Assembly: GCA_040905385.1 (NCBI GenBank) | Contig: JBBDRP010000002.1 | Location: 395,526-459,525 of the forward strand | Reading direction: 5' to 3' | Length of the DNA stretch: 64,000 bases | Origin: Minisyncoccota bacterium | GTDB taxonomy: Bacteria; Patescibacteriota; Minisyncoccia; Phycocordibacterales; SW-6-46-9 | Shown: positions 54,568 to 63,482 of the stretch, piece by piece | Layout: each line of letters starts with the position of its first letter | Position numbering within the stretch: the stretch's first letter is position 1 | Translations under genes and position numbers: made by a program | Notes under the pieces: model-generated | The model's input: only the letters and a program-made list of their open reading frames with translations | Database searches by the model: none | What the model was told of the DNA's origin: nothing

Positions 54568-57500
54568 ATGTCTCAAATTACCCATTTACATACACACAGC
54601 CACTACAGCCTGCTGTCGGCACTGCCAAAGATTCCGGAGCTGGTTGAACGAGCCGGGAAGCATAACCTATCGGCCTTAGCCCTTACCGATAGCAATAACC
54701 TGTACGGCGCGATTGAGTTTTATAAAGCCTGCCAGGCAGCAGATATTAAGCCCATTATTGGGGCTGAGATGTATGTTGCTCCACGCACTCGCCACGACAA
54801 ACAGGCCGGTGTCGACAAGGCTCGTGATCGTGTGATCCTTTTGGTAAAGAATGAGGTCGGGTACAAAAACCTCATACGTCTTGTAACCGATGCTAACCTT
54901 GAAGGTTTCTACTACACACCACGAATCGATACCGAACTGATGAAGAAACACCAGGAAGGACTCATTGCTATTCTGCCGGCACAAAATTCCGAGGTTACTG
55001 ATGCCTTGAAGGCAGATGATACTCAACGAGCTATCGACGCGATTGAAAAGTATCGAGGTGTGTACGGTCCAGAGAATACCTATCTCGAAATTACGCGGCA
55101 TCCAGAGATACCTGGATACGATGACGCCACCGAAAAGATTGTTCCACTTGCCAAGAAAACTGATACACCACTAGTGGCCGGACATGACATCTTTTATCTG
55201 GATCCAGATGATCATCAGGCCTGCCAAACACTACGAGATGTACAGTCGGCTGGAGGTGACTTCATGGCCGAGGGTGGTGATTTTTCCTTTCTGTCGCCAA
55301 AGGAAATGAAAAAGCGCTTCAAGGATCTTCCCGAGGCGCTGGACAATATCGATAAAATTGTCGCGGCCTGCAATCTAGAACTCGAACTCGGAAACTGGGT
55401 ATTCCCTGACATAGAAACAACCGGCGGACGCTCGTATGATGAGGAATTAAAGACCCTGGTCTATGACGGTATTCCCTGGCGAGAGCTAGAGAAGACCGAC
55501 AAACTTGTCGAACGAATTGAGTATGAGCTCGGTATCATTCGCAACAAAGGTTACTCCTCTTACTTTCTTGTGGTGGCTGACCTTCTCGCCTATGCCCGAG
55601 AAAACGACATTCTGACGACAATTCGTGGTTCGGTGGCGGGATCACTTGTTACCTACCTGGCCGGTATTACCAACCTGAACCCACTTGATTACGGTCTGCA
55701 GTTTGAGCGATTCCTGAATCCAGACCGACCGAGTGCACCGGATATTGATATGGACTTTGCTGACAACCGCCGAGACGAGGTAATTCAGTATGCTCGTAGA
55801 AAGTACGGTACAGACACTGAGGAACGCGTCGCCCAGATTGGTACTTTTGGAACCATGGCGGCTCGTGGATCGATTCGTGATGTCACTCGCGCCCTTGGTT
55901 ACAACTACAGTCTCGGTGATGATATCGCCAAGAAAATCCCCCTCGGGAGCCAGGGATTCAAGATGACCATCGAGCGGGCGCTAGATGAGTCTGATGATCT
56001 CGCCGAGATGTATAAAGATGATCCAAAGGTGAGAGAAATTGTCGACATGGCGCAAAAGGTTGAGGGTTGTGCCCGGCACATATCCGTCCATGCTGCTGGT
56101 GTGGTAATCGCCCCCGAGGAGATCACGAACTATGTCCCACTTGAGGTGGATAGTAAAAAAGGTGAGGTCATCACCCAGTATGACATGCACTCTGTTGAAG
56201 ACGCTGGACTGGTAAAGTTCGACTTTCTGGGCCTGAAAAACCTGGCCATCCTCTCTGACGCTATTCATCGAGTCGAGGATCGCACCGGCGAAAGGATCGA
56301 TATCGAGAAGATTCCGCTTGATGATGAGAACACCTTCGAGATGCTTGGTGAGGGTCATACCCATAGCACCTTTCAGCTGAATGGTGAAGGAATGACACAG
56401 TTTCTGCAGAAACTAAAGCCTACCAATATCAATGACATTAATGCGATGGTAGCGCTGTATCGACCGGGGCCGATGAAGTTTATCCCGGAGTACATCAAGC
56501 GCAAGCACAATCCTGAGCTCGTTGATTACCCCCACGAGGATCTCAAGGAGTTTTTGGAGCAGTCATACGGGCTGCTGATTTATCAGGAGGACGTTATGCT
56601 TACCGCTATTCACCTGGCCGGCTACTCCTGGCTTGATGCGGACAAGTTCCGTAAAGCAATGGGTAAGAAAATTCCCGAGCTGATGGCCAAGCAGGAGCAA
56701 AAGTTCAAGGAGGGATGTGTAAAAAATGGTATTAAGGACTCATTGGCAGATAATCTCTGGGAGCGTATCAAGCCCTTTGCTGCCTACGCCTTTAATAAGG
56801 CTCATGCTGCCTCCTACGGACGTGTGGCGTACCAAACAGCCTACATGAAGGCTAACTACCCCAAGGAGTACATGGCCGCAGTCCTAACCGCTGATGCTGG
56901 AAATGTCGAAAAGATTCATGACATCATCGGTGAGTGTGAGCGCATGGGTTTGGATGTGCTTCCACCAGATATCAATGAATCCTTTGGTACCTTCACGATT
57001 GTGGATGAAGGTGATCACGAGGCAATTCGTTTCGGACTCTTTAGTGTCAAGCATGTGGGCGAAAAGATTACGCAGACGATTATAGATGAGCGAGAAAAAC
57101 ACGGTAAGTTCTCCTCGCTTGAGGATCTCCTGACCCGTATCACCGGACGAAACTTCAATAAAAAGACCCTTGAAGCGCTGATTAAGTGTGGGGCTCTAGA
57201 CTCACTCGGTAAGCGGTATCACATGCTGGCTCATATTGATGAAATCCTGACCTTCTCCAAGGAGGCGGATTCGCGATCAAAGGATCAGCAGTCACTCTTT
57301 GGTGCTGCAGCGATCGAAGCGCAGCCGAAGTTGCGACTGAGTCGTGGTGAACCACACACCAAGGAAACCAAGCTGGCCTGGGAAAAGGATCTACTGGGTC
57401 TATATGTCTCGGGTCACCCACTGGATAAAATCCGCGAGAAGCTCGAGAAGCGAGAGAAGGATATCGCCTTTATTAAGAAGTATCATAAAAAGATGCCCAA

Positions 57501-57738
57501 GGTTGTTATCCCTGGGTTACTGGAAAGCATCAACGTTATCCGCACCAAAAAAGGTGACGAAATGGCCTTTGTTCGTGTGGCTGATTTATCCGACTCTATC
57601 GAGATTGTAGTTTTCCCGGATGCATTTGAAAAGTACAAAGACTCACTCGTGTCTGACTCCTGTGTGGTTGTGGAGGGAAAGATTTCAAATCGAAACAATG
57701 AGGTCAGTGTGATCCTTGATCGAATTAAGATTCTATAG
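54568..57738 (+). CDS. dnaE: DNA polymerase III alpha subunit
   Basis: PHP domain HLHTHSHYSLL; polymerase core; C-terminal OB fold; no intein. Confidence 0.9.
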   Translation: MSQITHLHTHSHYSLLSALPKIPELVERAGKHNLSALALTDSNNLYGAIEFYKACQAADIKPIIGAEMYVAPRTRHDKQAGVDKARDRVILLVKNEVGYKNLIRLVTDANLEGFYYTPRIDTELMKKHQEGLIAILPAQNSEVTDALKADDTQRAIDAIEKYRGVYGPENTYLEITRHPEIPGYDDATEKIVPLAKKTDTPLVAGHDIFYLDPDDHQACQTLRDVQSAGGDFMAEGGDFSFLSPKEMKKRFKDLPEALDNIDKIVAACNLELELGNWVFPDIETTGGRSYDEELKTLVYDGIPWRELEKTDKLVERIEYELGIIRNKGYSSYFLVVADLLAYARENDILTTIRGSVAGSLVTYLAGITNLNPLDYGLQFERFLNPDRPSAPDIDMDFADNRRDEVIQYARRKYGTDTEERVAQIGTFGTMAARGSIRDVTRALGYNYSLGDDIAKKIPLGSQGFKMTIERALDESDDLAEMYKDDPKVREIVDMAQKVEGCARHISVHAAGVVIAPEEITNYVPLEVDSKKGEVITQYDMHSVEDAGLVKFDFLGLKNLAILSDAIHRVEDRTGERIDIEKIPLDDENTFEMLGEGHTHSTFQLNGEGMTQFLQKLKPTNINDINAMVALYRPGPMKFIPEYIKRKHNPELVDYPHEDLKEFLEQSYGLLIYQEDVMLTAIHLAGYSWLDADKFRKAMGKKIPELMAKQEQKFKEGCVKNGIKDSLADNLWERIKPFAAYAFNKAHAASYGRVAYQTAYMKANYPKEYMAAVLTADAGNVEKIHDIIGECERMGLDVLPPDINESFGTFTIVDEGDHEAIRFGLFSVKHVGEKITQTIIDEREKHGKFSSLEDLLTRITGRNFNKKTLEALIKCGALDSLGKRYHMLAHIDEILTFSKEADSRSKDQQSLFGAAAIEAQPKLRLSRGEPHTKETKLAWEKDLLGLYVSGHPLDKIREKLEKREKDIAFIKKYHKKMPKVVIPGLLESINVIRTKKGDEMAFVRVADLSDSIEIVVFPDAFEKYKDSLVSDSCVVVEGKISNRNNEVSVILDRIKIL

Positions 57739-57784
57739 TATTCGTGTTGTACATGTGCAGCATATAAGCTACAATTTTTAATAT

Positions 57785-59596
57785 ATGAGTAACCAAAATA
57801 TCGATAAACAACGTCACTCCCTGGCGCATCTTCTCGCCCGAGCTGTTCTGGAGCATTATCCCGACGCCAAGCTCACGCTGGGTCCAGCCGTTGATACTGG
57901 TTTTTACTACGACATAGACTTCGGTGATACCGACTTCTCCGATGATGACCTCAAAAAGATCCAGAAGACAATGCGTAAACTACTTGGCGGCTGGAACACC
58001 TTCTCTCGTATTGAGGTCTCAGTTGACGAAGCTCGAGATTTTTTTTCCGACAATCCCTACAAGCTTGAACTTATTGATGATATTGAGTCGGCCGACGAAG
58101 CGGTCTCACTTTACTACGCCGGTCCAGAGGATGCTGTACCCACAAAGGATGATCTACTTGCAACTGGTAGTGTGGTTGTCGGTCGCGGATTTGTTGATCT
58201 CTGTCGTGGAGGTCATGTCGATAATCCGGCCGCCGATATTGACGCCAAGTCATTCGAACTAGACTCGGTGGCGGGTGCCTACTGGCGCGGTGATGAGGAT
58301 AACAAGATGCTGACACGGATTTATGGACTCTCCTTCCCTTCTTCAGAAGAGTTACAGGACTTTAAAACCAAGCGTGAAGAGGCAAAGAAGCGCGATCACC
58401 GCAAGCTGGGCAAGGAGCTCGGTCTCTTTACTTTTTCTCCGCTGGTGGGCTCAGGATTGCCGCTATTTACTCCAAAAGGAACGGCAATGCGGGATGCAAT
58501 TGTCGATAAAATTAACGAGATCCAGTCACAGTTTGATTACCAACGCGTGACTATTCCCCATCTAACAAAGCCGGCACTATATGAAAAATCCGGTCACTGG
58601 GAGAAGTTTGGCGAGGAGCTTTTTCATGTAAAGGGGATGGAGTCAGAGTTTGTTATGAAGCCGATGAACTGCCCGCATCACACGCAAATTTACGCTGCCG
58701 AGATGCGTAGCTACCGCGATTTACCGCTGCGTTTTGTTGAGAATACGATGGTCTATCGTGACGAGCAGTCTGGTGAGCTGTCGGGACTGTCTCGCGTTCG
58801 CTCTATCACCCAGGATGACGGTCACGTCTTCTGTACACCCGAGCAGATGCATACGGAGATTGATCAGATTGTTACAGTAATTGAGGAGTTCTATACCGCT
58901 CTAGATATGTGGCAGGAAGATCGTTTCTGGGTATCGCTGTCGGTGCGTGATCCGGAAACTCCGGAAAAGTATCTTGGAGACGATGAGCGCTGGAATGAGG
59001 CAGAAGCGTCTCTAAAGGAAATCGCAGAAAAGCGCAATTTTGATATTAAGGTTGTCGAGGGTGAAGCGGCTTTTTACGGGCCAAAAATTGATTTCATGTT
59101 TTATGATGCCCTGGATCGCGAGCGTCAGCTGGCAACCGTCCAGCTTGATTTTGTAATGCCGGAACGATTTGAGCTTGAGTACACTGATGAAGACGGCGAG
59201 CGTAAAACCCCCGTCATGATTCATCGTGCTATTGCTGGATCCCTAGAGCGCTTTATGTCGGTCATCATCGAGCACTTTGCTGGCAGCTTTCCGTTCTGGC
59301 TATCACCGGTCCAGATCGCCCTCCTCCCTATCGCTGATGAGCATGAAGCGTACGCTCAGAAATCCCGAAAGGTACTAAAGGATGCCGGGTATCGAGTAGA
59401 GATTGTCGGCGGCAGTGACTCACTTGGTAAGCGTATTCGTGGACTCCACGAACAGAAAGTCTTTAGCTTTGCCGTTATTGGTGATGATGAGGTAGAGAAT
59501 GAAGAGCTTAATATCGAAGCCCGGGTTGATGATGAAGAGATCACTGCTCCGCTGGATACTATCACCAAAAAACTTATCGAGTGGAAGCAGAACTAA
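57785..59596 (+). CDS. thrS: Threonyl-tRNA synthetase (no TGS domain; begins at the editing domain)
   Basis: HSLAHLLARAV editing motif; class II core; C-terminal anticodon-binding domain. Confidence 0.9.
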   Translation: MSNQNIDKQRHSLAHLLARAVLEHYPDAKLTLGPAVDTGFYYDIDFGDTDFSDDDLKKIQKTMRKLLGGWNTFSRIEVSVDEARDFFSDNPYKLELIDDIESADEAVSLYYAGPEDAVPTKDDLLATGSVVVGRGFVDLCRGGHVDNPAADIDAKSFELDSVAGAYWRGDEDNKMLTRIYGLSFPSSEELQDFKTKREEAKKRDHRKLGKELGLFTFSPLVGSGLPLFTPKGTAMRDAIVDKINEIQSQFDYQRVTIPHLTKPALYEKSGHWEKFGEELFHVKGMESEFVMKPMNCPHHTQIYAAEMRSYRDLPLRFVENTMVYRDEQSGELSGLSRVRSITQDDGHVFCTPEQMHTEIDQIVTVIEEFYTALDMWQEDRFWVSLSVRDPETPEKYLGDDERWNEAEASLKEIAEKRNFDIKVVEGEAAFYGPKIDFMFYDALDRERQLATVQLDFVMPERFELEYTDEDGERKTPVMIHRAIAGSLERFMSVIIEHFAGSFPFWLSPVQIALLPIADEHEAYAQKSRKVLKDAGYRVEIVGGSDSLGKRIRGLHEQKVFSFAVIGDDEVENEELNIEARVDDEEITAPLDTITKKLIEWKQN

Positions 59597-59940
59597 ATCA
59601 GCCGAATTGCAACCAAAATTCCAATACCACCAAGTAGCGTAACTGCCAACCAGAAAAATACCGTGTTCCATTTGCGCAAATGTCGTCGGGTTCCGTGCTG
59701 CAGTCCACGCCAGGAGAGCAGCAGGCTAACCAACGGCAGCACAAGCCAGAGAATTATCTGCACTGGATAGCTGGCGGAGATTATAAACTCGAGAAAGCTT
59801 GTTACTGCAGCTAAACTTGTAAACTGCAGAACGATAATACCGATCGCTGTAAGAAATAACGGAGTAATTGCTAGTCCGCCGAGATACGTCAGTCGCCGGT
59901 GCTCCCTGGTAAATATAAATTTATCATCCTTTACGTTCAT
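59593..59940 (-). CDS. Hypothetical membrane protein
   Basis: 115 aa, 3 TM. Confidence 0.4.
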   Translation of the reverse strand: MNVKDDKFIFTREHRRLTYLGGLAITPLFLTAIGIIVLQFTSLAAVTSFLEFIISASYPVQIILWLVLPLVSLLLSWRGLQHGTRRHLRKWNTVFFWLAVTLLGGIGILVAIRLI

Positions 59941-59994
59941 AGAATTTGGTGCAACAATATGTTCGTACTACTTATTATATAACAGATTTAACTT

Positions 59995-60246
59995 ATGGCA
60001 CAGTATCGAAATGGAAAAACTATTGCCTGGGCAGCGCTTATAATTTCTATTGCGGCGCTGGTTCTGGCCTGGATGTCATATACACAAGCAGATTCAAGCA
60101 TGCTAGATACATCTTCTGCATCAGATGATAATACTATTCAAATGAGGACTGATTTCCAGGCAACTGAAGAGGAGCTACTTGGTGACGACAGTGATGAAGA
60201 AAATGAACCTGAAACAGGTACATCTTCGGACACAGATCAGGAGTAG
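59995..60246 (+). CDS. Hypothetical small membrane-anchored acidic protein
   Basis: One TM, D/E/S-rich C-terminus; terminator at 60312-60340. Confidence 0.35.
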   Translation: MAQYRNGKTIAWAALIISIAALVLAWMSYTQADSSMLDTSSASDDNTIQMRTDFQATEEELLGDDSDEENEPETGTSSDTDQE

Positions 60247-60346
60247 TTAATAAGTGTCCCGTAAAAGAGTCTCACTACGCTTAATTCCCGCGGCGGATCC
60301 ACGTGATAAATAAACACCTGCTAAAGGTGTTTTTTTATTTTACGTG

Positions 60347-60365
60347 GTGGACCTGAGGGGACTCG
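60347..60365 (-). repeat. 19-nt direct repeat of the tRNA-Ala(GGC) 3' terminus (GTGGACCTGAGGGGACTCG), followed by CCA on the minus strand
   Basis: Identical to 60527-60545; lies 162 bp downstream (minus sense) of the tRNA; att-core-like. Confidence 0.7.
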
Positions 60366-60527
60366 GTCACGAATAAATTTGCTCACGCAAATTTTTCTCG
60401 ACCCCGGCTCGCTATTCTCACCTTTCGCTTGCGCTCAAACTCAAATAAAGCTGCGCCTTTCGAGATCCCCACGTGAGTGCAGAAATGCACTCACTCAGCT
60501 CCAGTCGTCGAAGTAAATTCTCCTTTG

Positions 60528-60600
60528 TGGACCTGAGGGGACTCGAACCCCTGATCTCATCGCTGCCAGCGATGCGCTTTACCAGCTAAGCCACAGGCCC
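60528..60600 (-). tRNA. tRNA-Ala (anticodon GGC)
   Basis: GGGCCTGTGGCTTAGCTGGTAAAGCGCATCGCTGGCAGCGATGAGATCAGGGGTTCGAGTCCCCTCAGGTCCA; cloverleaf with G3:U70 Ala identity pair; CCA not encoded. Confidence 0.85.
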
Positions 60601-60701
60601 GTCCAATGCACTCTTCCACCTATTTCTTGTCTCGTTCCTCGACAAACAAAATTTTCTCACAATGTTCGAAACCAGATAAAAAGCAAAGAAGGTTGCTTTT
60701 T

Positions 60702-60722
60702 ATCCAACTGAGCTAACGGCCC
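60702..60722 (-). pseudogene. tRNA 5'-half fragment (GGGCCGTTAGCTCAGTTGGAT, acceptor and D arm) with no 3' half
   Basis: Abuts the trhO terminator hairpin at 60677-60706; resembles the tRNA-Ala 5' half. Confidence 0.4.
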
Positions 60723-60730
60723 ATATGTAT

Positions 60731-61609
60731 TTAGGAAGTTTTTGCGTGCATTTTGCGTGCCAGGCGCAGAGAATCCGAACGCTTAGCAAAGCAATTATCA
60801 CAGCAAAGCAGCTGACGGGACGGCGTGACCGAGTCATCATCTACATACTGCTCGGTAGTATCGCCACAGAAAAAGCACTCGCCCACAATACCACGCTCGC
60901 TCGGATCATCGGCCATATCAATGGTCATTCGCCCGTCGAATACGTACAGAGCACCTTTGTAGTGACCATCGGGATACTTTTCAATGTAGCGATGAATTCC
61001 ACCCTGTAGCTGATGCACATCTGAAAAGCCTTCCTTTTTCAGAAAGGCAGTCGCCTTCTCACACCGAATTCCACCCGTACAGACGGCCACCACTTTTTTG
61101 TCCTTGAGATCCTCAATCTCTTCGTGCGTCTCGTGAATCTCACGGAAGTTTCGCATGCCCGGATGGCGCGTCTTTTCGAACTTACCGCTGATGACCTCGT
61201 AATCATTGCGCATATCCACCACCGTAAAATCCTCATCCTTCTCGAACCACTCATGCAGTGTATCTGGGGTGATGTGGGTGCCCGTATCAACGGTCGGGTT
61301 GATGTTATCGCCAAGATCAGAGGCCACAATCTCCTCCCGAGCCTTTACAGAAAGCTTCGGAAAAGCCGCACCGGTACCGGGACTTCGCTTGAAGTCGATA
61401 TCGGCAAAGCGGTCATCGGCCTTCATCGACGTAATGTACGCCTGGATGTTCTCATCGGTACCTTCTAAGGTGGCGTTAATTCCCTCCTCTGCCACAATAA
61501 CTCGGCCCGTAAGACCATACTTCTTGCACAGCTCCCGCTGCCGTTGTCGCTCGGCCTCCGGATCAGCAATGGTCACATATTTGTAGAACAGAATTACGGT
61601 GTAGTCCAT
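60731..61609 (-). CDS. trhO: tRNA uridine(34) hydroxylase TrhO (rhodanese-domain protein, YceA/UPF0176)
   Basis: ILFYKYVTIADPEAERQRQRELCKKYGLTGRVIVAEEGINATLEG; rhodanese Cys CTGGIRCEKA; C-terminal CxxC..CC Zn ribbon. Confidence 0.8.
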   Translation of the reverse strand: MDYTVILFYKYVTIADPEAERQRQRELCKKYGLTGRVIVAEEGINATLEGTDENIQAYITSMKADDRFADIDFKRSPGTGAAFPKLSVKAREEIVASDLGDNINPTVDTGTHITPDTLHEWFEKDEDFTVVDMRNDYEVISGKFEKTRHPGMRNFREIHETHEEIEDLKDKKVVAVCTGGIRCEKATAFLKKEGFSDVHQLQGGIHRYIEKYPDGHYKGALYVFDGRMTIDMADDPSERGIVGECFFCGDTTEQYVDDDSVTPSRQLLCCDNCFAKRSDSLRLARKMHAKTS

Positions 61610-61656
61610 ACGGAATATTATAAAGTTTCGCGTAGTTTATTCAAGTAAGGAGTATC

Positions 61657-62043
61657 TTAAAATAGTGCAACCGAACTGACAAACAAGGCAATTCCAAGTC
61701 CCATACCAACAATACTGCTGGCAGTAATTACGTCGTCATTATCAATACTATTGATTAGTGTTACAAGTGATCGATGTGGAAGGAAAAGGTACAGCAGTGA
61801 CTCAACCACGGCTCCCCAGGCAATGATACCCACCAGGAACCCATGAAAGCTCTTCCAGTCGTTATGCAGCAGTGTTAAGAGCAATCCGAAGCTGAATACA
61901 ACCGTGCCCATCACAAAGAACGCACCATTCGATTCCTTTAATGACATCAGCATTGCCCTGACCTTCCGGCGGTCTATCAAGATAGCTAGACTAATCACAA
62001 AGTAAAGTACTCCTAAAAACTGAGCTAGATATAGTGTCATCAT
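61657..62043 (-). CDS. Hypothetical 4-TM membrane protein
   Basis: 128-aa hydrophobic ORF. Confidence 0.4.
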   Translation of the reverse strand: MMTLYLAQFLGVLYFVISLAILIDRRKVRAMLMSLKESNGAFFVMGTVVFSFGLLLTLLHNDWKSFHGFLVGIIAWGAVVESLLYLFLPHRSLVTLINSIDNDDVITASSIVGMGLGIALFVSSVALF

Positions 62044-62140
62044 GAAATATATTAGTTATGCATCCAGTATACCGTGTGCAGTTATAACAAAAAAGCATCA
62101 CGTCTAGCGTAATGCTTTGGATCTTCAACCTGTACTATAT

Positions 62141-63043
62141 TTAGAACTCCTCGATAGTACGAGCACTCTGTACCTGACCATCATCATCACCGTCGCCACC
62201 ATCATCACCTTGTACATCAACAGAACAGAGAGTTGAATGGAACTCATCTCCAGAGCTTACAGTTCCAAAGGCCTTCTTTTCGCCAGCAGTGCTGTATGAA
62301 GTCTCGACTTGAGATTCGTTGCCAGAAACAGCCCCTGTCCATTCATAGTTATAGGAGCCATCACCCCCGGTTACTGTCATACTCCAGGTCACCGTTTCAT
62401 CAATTTCTGGTTCGGATGGTGTTGCACTACACTGACCACTTAGTGTGCCGGCGTCAGTAACTTCGTCCTCACAATCGACCGTAAATGTAACGCTGGCTTC
62501 TTCTCCGTTGTTGAATACACTCATTTCATAGGATCCGTTCGGAAGATCTGCGTGCGTTAGAAAGTCTGCATCATCCTCATTTACTCCGACCCTGTAAATA
62601 TCACCATCAAGCGATAGTCCGTATGAATGGACATTCGTTACCGCGAATTCCACAACACCATCACCGTCAACACAACGCTGGTCAAGAATGGAAATCTGAA
62701 TTTCCTCCTCCTCATTATTATTTGATTCATTACTGCCCTCATCAGTATCGGTACTGTCAAAGAACGCAGCTCCAACACCGGCTAGGTTGCTAAACTCATC
62801 TGCTGATTCAAACGAACCGCAGTTATCAGAAAAAATAGCATTAAATGAGTCACAGTTAGCCAGCGTAGATCCCTCCTGTTCGCTCAGCCAGTCACTGAAT
62901 GCTGTGCCGGAATCCTGATCAGAAAAGTAATCTCCGTGTGGAGCAGCTTGGGCAGTTACCGCAAGTACAACAAACAGCATCACCGTAAATATAGCGACAA
63001 TGGCCCGTACGGTTGTAATTGTAGTATCGGTTTTTGTATTCAT
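62141..63043 (-). CDS. Hypothetical secreted acidic Cys-containing protein
   Basis: Signal anchor, D/E/S/T-rich, C-terminal GDDGGDGDDDG. Confidence 0.45.
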   Translation of the reverse strand: MNTKTDTTITTVRAIVAIFTVMLFVVLAVTAQAAPHGDYFSDQDSGTAFSDWLSEQEGSTLANCDSFNAIFSDNCGSFESADEFSNLAGVGAAFFDSTDTDEGSNESNNNEEEEIQISILDQRCVDGDGVVEFAVTNVHSYGLSLDGDIYRVGVNEDDADFLTHADLPNGSYEMSVFNNGEEASVTFTVDCEDEVTDAGTLSGQCSATPSEPEIDETVTWSMTVTGGDGSYNYEWTGAVSGNESQVETSYSTAGEKKAFGTVSSGDEFHSTLCSVDVQGDDGGDGDDDGQVQSARTIEEF

Positions 63044-63206
63044 AATTTATTTCTTAACGTGAGAATATAATACCTTTGTTATTTCTTTTGTCAATAGGTA
63101 ATAGAAATCGTTTAAAACTGTTTAGATTCGGCTTTTCTCTATTCTCTAACACGACAGCCGGCTGTCGTGTTTATATAACGTATTCTGATTTCTCTCCGAG
63201 TATATT

Positions 63207-63226
63207 TGTGGACCCGACAGGACTCG
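63207..63226 (-). repeat. 20-nt direct repeat of the tRNA-Ala(TGC) 3' terminus (TGTGGACCCGACAGGACTCG)
   Basis: Identical to 63372-63391; preceded by hairpin 63236-63255, which is homologous to hairpin 60375-60394. Confidence 0.7.
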
Positions 63227-63373
63227 CCTACAAGTAAATTTCCATACGGAAATTTCTCGCAGGCCGCCCCTCGCGGTCGTGCTCGTATACTGCGCACGAC
63301 ATCGCTGCGGCCTTCTCGTCTGACGAAGACAAAGAAATTTGTCTTCTTCGTCTCCACACTCACTTCGTTCGTG

Positions 63374-63446
63374 TGGACCCGACAGGACTCGAACCTGCCA
63401 CCTCCTCAGTGCAAGTGAGGCGCTCTACCAGATGAGCTACGGGCCC
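63374..63446 (-). tRNA. tRNA-Ala (anticodon TGC)
   Basis: GGGCCCGTAGCTCATCTGGTAGAGCGCCTCACTTGCACTGAGGAGGTGGCAGGTTCGAGTCCTGTCGGGTCCA; G3:U70; CCA not encoded. Confidence 0.85.
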
Positions 63447-63482
63447 GTTATCTTACCCGTGAAATTATATCTGAAACTATAT

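Noticed and set aside
54511-57738. Intein or intron within dnaE, or intron in the tRNA genes
   Set aside because: dnaE reads as one uninterrupted ORF with contiguous PHP, polymerase and OB regions. Both tRNA-Ala genes fold as canonical 73-nt cloverleaves without insertions.
3374-58550. Numerous 60-130-aa ORFs antisense to or nested within conserved genes (for example 3374-3619, 4557-4901, 9874-10731, 19427-19780, 28944-29621, 30854-31225, 49494-49787, 54676-55101, 58071-58316)
   Set aside because: Each overlaps a well-supported conserved CDS on the opposite strand or in another frame. Their S/R/P-rich low-complexity translations are typical of spurious frames in GC-moderate coding DNA.
60347-60527. 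tmRNA (ssrA) interpretation of the tRNA-Ala-like 3' fragment followed by CCA
   Set aside because: The fragment has only the 3' half of the T arm. No 5' acceptor strand, no tag reading frame ending in ..AA-stop, and no pseudoknot-rich body were found. The same arrangement recurs at the second tRNA-Ala without CCA.
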